This document shows positions 52,901-64,000 of a DNA stretch of 64,000 nt, one piece after another. Under the pieces are notes generated by a model. The model was not told the origin of the DNA. It was given only the letters and a program-made list of their open reading frames with translations, and did not search any database. The stretch's first letter is position 1. Each line of letters opens with the position of its first letter. Source of the DNA: Octopus vulgaris (lineage: Eukaryota); assembly GCA_951406725.2 (NCBI GenBank), contig OX597831.1, positions 49,662,001 through 49,726,000 on the forward strand, in the 5' to 3' direction. The position numbers were made by a program, and so were the translations under genes.

Positions 52901-54213
52901 GTAACTCCACTCTGCTGCAAACATTTGGACAAGGTCTTTATAAATTTCTGATATGTTCTGAAGGTAACTTCTTCCCTCTCATTAATATCCGACTCCCTAT
53001 AAACAGCAATGGGCATTTCCTTCCATTCTGGTTTAAAAAAAAATACGTGTAGAACGAAGATTCTGAACAACATGCGTATAGAAGAAGCAACCAAAAATGT
53101 TGAATGTATAGGTTATTTGAAATTAATCATGTGATGATCAAAATATTGTTCGATCTTAGCTGCAAATGCTTCATGATGTAACTAAAACGGTACACAGCAA
53201 ACATAATAATAATAATAAAGAAGAAGAAGAAGAAGAAGAAGAAGAAGAAGAAGAAGAAGAAGAAGAAGAAGAAGAAGAAGAGTGCGATTGTTATCAAATG
53301 AACAATATTTCGACATAATAATAAATACCCTGATCCATGAAAGATAAAGTCGACCCTGGCGGGATTTGAACACAGAGCTTAAATACAGAGGAAATGTCAC
53401 TAAGAATTTTGACTGCTGTGCTATGGACTCTGCTAGCTCATTGCTTTATACACACACACACACACACACACACACAACTGTTTGTTCCTATGTAACTTCC
53501 CATGCAGTTTCCATATTTTACTCGGGGCAAAAATTTCGGTTATTCTTATTGACCTTGAAATAACCCAGCAGATTGCGTACGGGGACGGATATGCATGGCG
53601 GTAAAGACGAGCTACTTACTGGTGAGTCGAGTTATCATAGAGGGCTCTAAAAACAACAAATCAAATCTTAGATTAACCACAAAAAAAAGCACGTGATAAG
53701 TAATCTCCATGCATGGATATTTGAGGTACGTTACACGAACAAGTAGCTTCAACATTAATGAACTATATAAGCCAAGCGATAACAATACAGTAAGTCTCTA
53801 TATCAAAGTAAATCAAACGAGGATACTCTCAAGGTCAGTGAACTCATTAGACATACTAGTTTTTCTTCCTAGCACCAACCCGATTAATAAACATATTCAA
53901 CGAAACCGGCATGTGTTATAGTCGTTAAGGACAAACGATAAATAATCTACTCTTCATGAGTGACGCGATAACATTTACAAAGAGAGTCGGCTAAGCTCTC
54001 TGTGTAAATTGAATCAATTATCCTTTCTAAACCCACGCTCATAAGAATGAGCTCAGGGTTACACAAAATTGCCAAAAACACTATAGAATGCGGGAAATTA
54101 TTTGGATGTGAAAACGATAAACATACACGTAGGCATGCGTACATCCATTTACCCATCCATCCTCCTATATGTATGTGTGTATGTATTTCTATACACATAT
54201 GACACACACACAA

Positions 54214-54306
<93 letters not shown>

Positions 54307-54310
54307 CAAA

Positions 54311-54635
54311 TTTTTATAATTATCAGTATAATTATAATTAGGGTTCAGCAAAAGATTTGCTTCACCACATACCGAAATTTAGAAATAGCAGTTAAAACTA
54401 GCTATTTATCTACCATGAGATTTTCTTATGGTAGAGAAATAGCTAGTTTTAACTGCTATTTCTAAATTTCGGTATGTGGTGAAGCAAATCTTTTGCTGAA
54501 CTCTAATTATAATTATACTCATAATTATAAAAACATTGTTTAAGTTTACCGATAATGGTTCTTTTAACATACCGAACTACTTGGTAAAATTATTAATTAC
54601 TAATTAATTAATTTAACCCTTTATTGTTATTGATT
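54311..54635 (+). mobile_element. (TA)n-flanked fold-back fragment of the 47822 subfamily
   Basis: 110-bp arms 54311-54420 / 54424-54533 with a 3-nt loop; stem TTCGGTATGT/ACATACCGAA (54468-77/54567-76). Confidence 0.88.
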
Positions 54636-54677
54636 ATATATATATATATAAATTATATATATATATATATATATATG

Positions 54678-54884
54678 AATTAATGCTTGAGAACAATTCT
54701 TTAGTGGTGGATTCCCTTTGCAGATCTATTTCTAGCGTTAGAGTGACCACATGTGGTCTCTCTCTTATTACTTGTATTAATATTTTTTACTGTGTCCCAG
54801 TTTTTTTACGCTAGGCCACTTGGTGTTTTAAATTGATGTTATTATTTAATATTCAATTTTTTCACCCTTATTGTGATTTTAATT
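54678..54884 (+). mobile_element. (TA)n-flanked PLE-like 3' fragment
   Basis: CTATTT-CTAGCGT..ACGCTAG-GCCACTTGGTG..CACCCT..AATT(AT)n. Confidence 0.65.
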
Positions 54885-55837
54885 ATATATATATATATGT
54901 CTATATGTGTATGTACGTGCTGTCTTTATATTTAATCCTGAATATATATATAATTGCATATACACGATGTATAAATTCTATGACAATAATCTGAGAGAAG
55001 TGATTCATAATGGCCAGGGGCATGTATACAAATAACCTAGATATACAAAGGTATATGAATTACTATATAACATAAAAGTGACATCTAATATCCTTCAACT
55101 TAGACGTTATCAAATTTTCCCGATATTGTTTTAATATTCTAATAGAATATAACACAGCTCAGTTCTTATAGTTTAACGGCCGCCTTGAAGGAAAATTAAT
55201 AATTTATCATTACTAGGACTGATTCAAAAAGGATATTCAGTTGGCAAGTATTTCACGACGACATAATACCGCTCTTCGGCTATAAGAAATATGCTAAAAT
55301 TATATCTTTTTGACATTCTTAGGTCTTTCTGGCATTCTACATAAGAGAACGGCCAGCAAGAGTGAGAGAGAGAGAGAGAGAGAGAGCATATTTATTGAAA
55401 TAAACTCGATAACAAGACGTAATACAAAGCAGAATAAAGATAAGTAAAATTGATTGTTTTCTATCTTTTATTTACATTTTAGGAATTTCTCTACGGTAAT
55501 AGGTAAGGGGTGAAAGCACTGGTTAAACTTTGCAAGTTGAGACAAACACGAGAGCAATGTTGACATTTTATAACTACATTGGAAATTCTATAAAAGAATT
55601 CATTTCGAAACTGATTTTAAATTAATAGAATCAAGACGGAGTCTGTCATCGTTAATGATAAAATGTATATTCTGGTAAGAAAAGGATTGGCAAAGATGCA
55701 CAGAAACCATCAAGTATGGGCGTGTGGGAAGAAGTTTGTTTTCTAATCACATAGTTTCGAGTTCGGTCTCACGGCATGGCACCTTGAGCAAGCTTTGTGA
55801 GTGTATTTGGTGAATGTAAACTGAAAGAACTCGTCTC

Positions 55838-55905
<68 letters not shown>

Positions 55906-57749
55906 ATGTGTATGTTTGTGTGTGTGTGCGTGTGTAACTTCGTGTTTGTCACCGACCAATGTTTGACAACCGGTGTTAATTTCTTTACTTCCTCGTAACT
56001 TAGCGGTTTAGCAAAATAACACAATAGACTAAGTACCCGTCTTTACTGGGTCGGTTTCTTTCAATAATCCTTTCAAAGCGGTATCCCCAACATGGCTGCA
56101 GTCCAATGACTAAAAAGAGTTAAACATAAAAAGATATAAATCCAACTTACGCAATATATCTCTTGTAATATCTAGTATTCCAACCGTATTGGTGTTATTT
56201 AGACACAGATCAATCTTGAATGAGTAGGTCTAAGATAAACGACCATTCTATTCCTGACAATTTCAGTTAAATTTTGTTTCAGACGTTGTTAATTTCAGAT
56301 AATATTACCGAAAGTGTATAGTGTGTCGAGTTGGCAGAATCGTTTGCACGCCGGGCTAAATGTTTAGCGGCATTTCGTCCGTCTTTACGCCCTGATTTCA
56401 AATTTCGCAGAGATCGATTGACCTTTCATCTTTTCGGGGTAGATGAAATACGTACCAGTTGAACGCTGGGGCCGATGTAAGCGACATACCCATTTTCCCG
56501 AAATTGCTAGTCTAGTGGCAAAATATGAAACCAGTATTATCAGAAGCGCCTTCTTTTGAAGACGGTAGGTTGTAGATATAGCCAGTACATAGATTTACCT
56601 GAAACTGATATGGAAGCTAGAATAAGTGGCTCATGGTCGTTTGAATCGGCTGTGGCTGCTCCTTTTATGAGTAAGGTAAAAGTAACATATGATAAATGGC
56701 GGTAAAATCTTTTTCACTGAGAAGCCGACGGCTAGTCAACCCTTGAAAGGAAAAATGCGCTTGTACTTTATCAGTCAATCGAAATACAAATTTCTGTGCA
56801 TAGATAGTAGCCTATGACTACAGATTTTGGAGGAGGTTATTTGAATGAATTGGGCTGTTATTTTTAATATGTGAAGCGACATCGACGAGGCTTGCTTACT
56901 CGGGCATTTATTCTCCTTATGTTTCCATTCAAGCAGCCTTGTTTCGTTTTTTAAAATTTAGTTTTAATAGATCTTAGTCTTTAAGGCGACGGGCTGAACG
57001 AATCTCGTTAATATGCCGGACGAAATGCTTAGCGACATTTCATCCGTCTTTACCTTCTGAGTTCAAATTTCGCTGAGGTCGACTTTGCCTTCCATCTTTT
57101 CGGAGTTGATAAAACAAGTATCAGTTAAGTTCTGGGGTCGATGCAATCGACTTACACCCTCCCCTGAAATTGCTGCACTTGTGCCAAAATCTAAAATCGA
57201 TATTTGTTAGCTTTTCTGATTGGGGAATGTATAGTTTTGATTTATCTTATATACTGTTTATCAATTATCGTATTCATCCTTCACTTATTCTATTTAAAAT
57301 TTCAAAAACATTATTTGCGACTATAATCAATTGAACTGCTACTTAACGTAGGTACAATGACCAGTAATTACGGAGAGAAGAATATGACCAGTATATCAAG
57401 CTTCTCAAGACGATTCATAAATTAAAGGTAAAGTCGACTTTATATCAATAACACTAAATAATGTTTGCGTCCAGAAGATGACTTCACAGAATAAATATTT
57501 ATTTGTGGTACACAAGGCGGAGGCGTGGATGTGTGATAAGAAGTTTACTTCCCAACCACGTGCCCCCTTGACCAAGTGACTTCTTCTATAACTTGGGGCC
57601 GGTCAAAACCTTGTAAATGGATTTGTTTGACGGAAACTGAAAGCCCATCGTATATACAAGGTGGTATCAAAAGGTTCTTGGACTAGTTATGTTTAATGAA
57701 AATAACTTTTTACCTAAGTTTTAGCATCATCTCATTCCACGTCAATACA

Positions 57750-58090
57750 TCATCTCCTTCTGCAACAATACCCCAATCCCTGCGTTCCTGTCACTTTTGC
57801 AATCCGGCCTGGAAATCGTAATCCGTAATTTCTCCAAAAACGAAAAAAACAAAAAGACAAAAAAAACAACAAAAAAACAATCGATGAGTGGAAAGAAAAA
57901 TCAATAAACCGATTCCTTATGGAATTTCCCAATCAAATTGTCTGCAACTCATTTTCAGCCAAAAGGTTACCAGTTTCAACGGATTTCGTTCAAATTTGAC
58001 GTCGATGTTACTTAGTTTGGTTTGAAATAAAAAGCCTCATTAGCTTAATAATCCTAACCTAATCCCGAACAAAACCGGGCTATACTGCTA

Positions 58091-58144
<54 letters not shown>

Positions 58145-58235
58145 TAGCAGTATAGCCCGGTTTTGCTCCTCGGGATTAAGTTTGGAGTATTAAGCTAATG
58201 AAGCTCTTAGGCTTTGACTGCCAATTCCAGCATGT
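57750..58235. mobile_element. two Helitron-type 3' ends facing each other across (TA)n
   Basis: CCCGAACAAAACCGGG-CTATACTG-CTAG (ends 58091) and its reverse complement starting at 58144; left boundary uncertain. Confidence 0.65.
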
Positions 58236-58344
58236 AAGAAATCCACACACATACACACGCACACACACACACACACATATATATATATAAATATATATAT
58301 ATATACACACATATATATATAACTATAAATTATATATATATATA

Positions 58345-58745
58345 GGCGCAGGAGTGGCTGTGTTGTAAGTAGCTTGCAAACCAACCACATGATTCCGGGT
58401 TCAGTCCCACTGCGTGGCATCTTGGGCAAGTGTCTTCTGCTATAGCCCCGGGCCGACCAATGCCTTGTGAGTGGATTTGGTAGACGGAAACTGAAAGAAG
58501 CCTGTCGTATATATGTATGTATATATATGTGTGTGTTTGTGTGTCTGTGTTTGTCCCCCTAGCATCGCTTGACAACCGATGCTGGTGTGTTTACGTCCCC
58601 GGTAAAAAAGAGACCGATAGAATAAGTACTGGGCTTACAAAAGAATAAGTCCCGGGGTCGAGTTGCTCGATTAAAGGCGGTGCTCCAGCATGGCCGCAGT
58701 CAAATGACTGTAACAAGTAAAAGAGAAAAGAGAAAGAGAAAGAGA
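58345..58745 (+). mobile_element. near full-length microsatellite-containing tRNA SINE (CORE-like body)
   Basis: Head GGCGCAGGAGTGGCTGTG, B-box-like GGGTTCAGTCCC, CTTGGGCAAGTGTCTT body, internal TA/TG tract, (AAAGAG)n tail. Confidence 0.9.
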
Positions 58746-59187
58746 ATATATATATATATATATATCAATAATACAGTGATTGTTTCTTATCAGGAACAAA
58801 ATGTTTAATAGGTCTGCTATGGAAGTGCTCAATTAAATGAGACAAATATATTAAACTATGGTTGCAGAACAAACAAATACAAGGTCATCCACGTAACATT
58901 TCATATCTCGAACATTTAATCATAGAATATACATGTATAACATCACGGAAGATGAAACATAACTCATCAGTACAAGCATATAAGAAAATGCGAGAAAAAT
59001 GTGTGAATACAGTTCATCACGGTTAAAAGTTAATACTTTAGCGATTAAGAAATATATATTTTTTTAAAAAACATTACAACACCTAGAATAATAAATACGT
59101 AAAAATTTAAAGTAATATATAAATATATAGATATATAAAAATATATAAAAATACATATATATAGGAAGCATATAAATAAGTAATATA

Positions 59188-59580
59188 TCTTTATATGTAA
59201 AAGTGAAGTTGTGTGTCTGTCTCCTACGATTTAGATTCCTAACTATTCCCACATTTTACGGTGCAGTGTAACCAAAAGCGGGTATCTTATAGTCGTGATT
59301 CATATCGAGCCCTTCTGGGTATTAGCGTGCGACTACGATGAGTCTACGATTTTGAAAACAATTTATCATCATTTTTTCCCATTTTTAATGCATTTCTTGC
59401 TATTATATAAGGGAAGTAACTCTCTAAAAATGTATTATTAAATCTCAGAACGTAAAAAGCTACAGTAACACCCCCTTTGTGGTTAACCATATTGAGATGG
59501 CTATTATACTTTACATCTCTAAAAATGCTTATATAGTTATTTCCCTTACAAACCCGAGCAACGCCGGGCGATACTGCTAG
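59188..59580 (+). mobile_element. non-autonomous Helitron
   Basis: A|TCTTTATATGTAAAAG 5' end; 3' hairpin CCCGAGCAACGCCGGG then CGATACTG-CTAG|T; AT target, no TSD. Confidence 0.85.
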
Positions 59581-59734
59581 TAATATATAAAGTAAGATAA
59601 AAGGTCATCGTTTAGAAATTTTTGTTTCATTAAAAATTACTTTTCAGATAAGGGAAACCTATAGTTAAAAGCCAGTGTCCAAGCAAAAAAGAAGAAACCA
59701 TATTTACATTCCCTATGGCCATTTCGGGGGTACA

Positions 59735-60610
59735 TTACTTTATTTAATGCACGAGGGTGCATCACAATAATAACTTCGTCAGGGGGAAAAAATAGAGAGA
59801 CAGACATCACGTACCAGGGCGAGACCTCCTTAACCAGACCATGATTTTTTATTATCCATAAGGGCATACATAGAATGGACGATACAATCACGGATGATTT
59901 TACATATAAAGCGCAATTTGGGGTCGATAAAAATTTAACATGATTTTATATAAAACGAATGAATAAACAACACAATGGACATTTTTTAAACAAATGGAGT
60001 GGGGCGGGTTTACGGACCCCACGAACCCCGCCTCTCACTGACCACGGTTTTTGGGCTTATCTCGCACCCACGAGAGACCTTTTATACACGACATTCTTCC
60101 ATCTTTCATCAAACACTTTCTTACTCAGGTCCCTCCTTTCCAGCCCTATTTGTCTCTTTAGGTGGAACATAAGAAATTCCACTAAACCAGGACCAGAAAT
60201 GAAGTTGCCTGACATCAACCCTCTCATCCTTGTCTTCCACACTACTTGTTTCGCGACTGCTACCACAGAGAGTAAACAATTCTTACCTTCTTTCGTTAAG
60301 AAATCCGGCGGGTCAATTTTCACTATAGATTCAGTCGATAGCTGTGCTCTTCCTCCACCTGACAACAGTTGTTCGGCACAAACCCACATGTCTGACACCT
60401 CCGGACACTGCACAATCGCATGCGAGACGGTTTACCTGTCTCGCCCACATCTTGGACAGATCAGGGTGTCGTGGCCACCATGCATTGAGAGTTTATCCCG
60501 AACAGGTAAGGCACCTCGGTAACACTGCCATGCCAAGGACTTCTGAAAATTATCCAGGGTCCTCGGCTCGAATGTACGTTGGAACAGTCTGGCCAGCTGA
60601 TTATCGTCGA
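59735..60610 (-). mobile_element. 5'-truncated L1/Tx1-clade LINE (ORF2 end plus 3' UTR)
   Basis: [24 protein letters not shown]....CPRCG..TVSHAIVQCPEV...VAVAKQVVWKTR...FHLKRQIGLER..F.ERW (ORF 60057-60413 and upstream). Confidence 0.85.
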
Positions 60611-60636
60611 AATATATACATATAAATATATATATA

Positions 60637-60685
<49 letters not shown>

Positions 60686-60687
60686 TA

Positions 60688-60742
<55 letters not shown>

Positions 60743-60786
60743 TATACATATAAAATATATATATATATATATAAATAAATATATAC

Positions 60787-60825
<39 letters not shown>

Positions 60826-60830
60826 TATGC

Positions 60831-60861
<31 letters not shown>

Positions 60862-60938
60862 CATAAATATAAATAAATAAATATACATATATATAAATAT
60901 ATATATATATATAAATATAAATAAATAAATAAATATAC

Positions 60939-61013
<75 letters not shown>

Positions 61014-61842
61014 TAAATAAATATACGTATATATATATATACATAATTAAAATTCAGGTGAGTTAGGCACTTCAATGGAAGCACCAAGTCACTCCGGTAT
61101 TATCCGCACACCTCGAAGTAAGATGAGTAAAATCAAAATAAGTCACAGGTTATCAAGTAGTAATGCAATACTTTCACGTCATATTATACTTACGTTCAAA
61201 TTTCTGGTGTGGACTGATAAGATAAATTTCGTTTAACTACTGGAGCAAAACGCAATGAGTTGCTAAAATCATTAACTTGTCGGACAAAATACTTAGCAGG
61301 ATAACCACAAGAATTTTCCCATACATCCAAAAAACATTAACCAGTTTATAAAATAGCTTTTATCAAAACTACTCTGGCGGTGACGTTTCTGTCTTTTCCT
61401 AGTAATAATATATCAGGGCAATCTTTTTTTTCTATTTTCTATTGTAAGAATTGAGACAGGTTTGATTGATATATCGTCACGATTCATGCCACATATAAAT
61501 ACTTATTCGTTGGTTTTATTTCAAAGTGTCTTGATTTCGCATCTCGTCAAAACTGTTGCATTGTGTCAAAATGTGTTACTTTACGAGTGGTTCAAATAAA
61601 TTCTCTATTCAATTTTCTATATCTACCCAAAGATAAATCCAATAGTGTGGAAGAGAACAGAGCAGTGAGAGAATGTCGAACCCACTGGAAACTAATCTTG
61701 GTTTCATAGTTTTCAATACGAAGATTGAAATCTTCGTCTTTTGATTAGGCTATGCTCGAATCTGTCAGACACATTTCATTATAAACACATATAAAAACGC
61801 TTATTAAAATTCTTTTGTTCATATTTATTGCTTTTATACTTT

Positions 61843-62226
61843 CTGCTATAGGCACAAGGCCTGAAATTTTCGGGGAGGGGATAAGTCGATTACATCAACC
61901 CCAGTACTCAACTGGTACTTAATTTATCGACTTCGAAAGGACGAAAGGCAAAGTCGACCTCGGCGGAATTTGAACTCAGAACGTAGCGGCAGACGAAATA
62001 TACCTATTTCTTTACTACCCACAAAGGGCTAAACACAGAGAGGACAAACAAGGACAGACAAACGGATTAAGTCGATTATATCGACCCGAGTGCGTAACTG
62101 GTACTTATTTAATCGACACCAAAGGGATGAAAGGCAAAGTCGACCTCGGTGGAATTTGAACTCAGAACGAAATACCGCTACGCATTGCGCCCGGCGTGTT
62201 AACGGTTCTGCCAACTCACCGCCTTG
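61843..62226 (-). mobile_element. composite dimeric SINE
   Basis: Reverse-complement counterpart of 49300-49690. Confidence 0.88.
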
Positions 62227-63548
62227 TATTTCTTGCTTTTATATATCGCCTCCTCTTTCGTATTTTCAAGAAGCTTCAGCTACTTAAACACGCAAAACAA
62301 CCATTGAGTCTCTTAAATGGTAGTTTTATTTCTCTCCTTTCCTTTACTTTGTTATTAATTCGCATGAACCAACCAATACATTCTCAATCTTTTTTTCATA
62401 CGTTTATACATTCCTGCGACGTTCATATCGCTCTTTCGTAAATGTCTAGTGTAAGTTATTCGTTGATTCTACAGAATCTATTATTTAGATATTCTAGGTT
62501 GCTAAGGGAGAGCTGGAAAGGGGATAAATATTTCCAAGCCTAGAGTATTAAAATTCTTAGATAACCAGATATCTGCTATCCTATGCAATCCATATCTTTT
62601 ATTCGTCTGCCGTGACAGCTCTCCACTTGGCCAACGGAAATCTATGAGTTAATAAAAGCGGCGTCATGTGGTATTTAATTACGATGTTTTCTGAATAGAA
62701 GGCCGTTCTTAACGAATTCAAAAATAAAAGATTTCTGGCTAACAACAATTGCCACTAACATAACCAAGGTTTTAATTAAATCATATTGCAACTAGATGCC
62801 AGTTAGATATTAATTACTCTAGCTTCAGTAACTCACATTATCTGCAGGATTCATGCAAATTTCAATTAAATATTAAAAAAATTACTATAATTAATTGCAT
62901 TTGTAGTTTCTGTAATAAAACATGTGTTCAATGAGTATGTCATAATTCTACCTGAAGAATTTTTATTAAAGTGTTGTAGTGATATGACAGACTCTAATAA
63001 ATTGTGCAATAGCGTTGTTTGTTTCACTCTGAACTTTACGGAGTAAGAAAGAAAGTGCCTACGATTCCAATTCCGGGCGGCCAAGTCGGTTTGGAAGGAA
63101 GGAGAAAGTTAATCTGAAACCAGGATTTTGGCCCAAATATTTGCAACAGAGTGGTCTCCGTTGAAAGTACTCAGGAGCAAGGTGGTGATGGTGGTTAAAC
63201 TAAGAAATTTAAGGAACCACATCATGGCTTGCGACACATTTCAAATCTAACGAGCCTCACTCAGAAGGATTTGATCAACTTGAGGTTGAAGACGTTGTGC
63301 AGTGGCATGTAAATATAATAATAATAAACCTTTCTACTATAGGTACAAGGCCTGAAATTTGGGTGGGGGGAGATAATCGATTATATCGACCCTAGTACTT
63401 AATTGGTACTTAATTTGTCGATCACGAGAGGATGAAAGGCAAAATCAGCACGGCGGAATTTGAACTCAGAGCGTAAAATTAGAAGATAACACGAAGCATT
63501 TTATCCGGCGTGTTTACGATTCTGCCACCTCGCCGCCTTAATCATAAC

Positions 63549-63579
<31 letters not shown>

Positions 63580-63599
63580 TTAATAATAATAATAATGAT

Positions 63600-64000
63600 A
63601 ATTTCTAACATACATGCAATGTCGGAAATCTTGAAAGTATGAACGGCTGATCAATTTGAACCCAATGCTTAACATATGCACGTTGTTCCCAGAACCAAAC
63701 AGAGCTTCCGTTATCTCAGTCCACTTCGGGGTGGTTGTCATAGTGATGAAGTAGTCTGGCTTTCCGAACTCTCTCACGAGAGTCATTCCAGCTAGTATAC
63801 AATCCTTGTAAAACTGAGGAGAACCAGTATGTGATGGCGGAAGATGTGATGTTAGACCCTACGGCATTCATATCACCATTTGCAATAGCACCCAGAAGGC
63901 CCCTGATACTCTTCAACATTAAGATGTTTCTGTTGAGTTCTCAGGAAGTGTAATCGATCTTGCTCTATCTTTACATATTGGTTTACTGCATATTGATGCA
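63600..64000 (-). pseudogene. Helitron Rep/helicase fragment (Rep domain), running off the window
   Basis: KIEQDRLHFLRTQQKHL..EEY.GL...TGSP..MTLVREFGKPDYFITMTTTPKWTEITEAL matches the Helitron motif G.PD.FIT.T.NP.W.EI; frameshifted. Confidence 0.9.

Overview
AT-rich, microsatellite-dense eukaryotic DNA, most likely an octopus (cephalopod) intergenic or intronic region; this is inferred from the recurrent tRNA-derived SINE families and the microsatellite load. I recognise no intact host exon. Almost all ORF-track entries are microsatellite read-throughs ([12 protein letters not shown]) or transposon fragments. The window holds tRNA-headed SINEs of about four families, Tc1/mariner and pogo-like remnants and MITEs, a probable hAT remnant, Helitron ends plus a Rep fragment, L1/Tx1-, RTE- and R4/Dong-like LINE pieces, and a decayed Penelope-like element (PLE) with a GIY-YIG endonuclease. 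The most notable signal is a population of short non-coding elements embedded in (TA)n tracts. They carry type I hammerhead ribozymes with palindromic stem III, occur as ~560-bp direct tandem repeats or fold-back inverted repeats, and share a covarying multi-helix 3' structure despite very different primary sequence. This looks like a retrozyme-like / non-autonomous PLE system targeting (TA)n, with a decayed copy of a candidate mobiliser in the same window. All calls were made by eye; no search or folding program was run, and the ends of degenerate elements are approximate.
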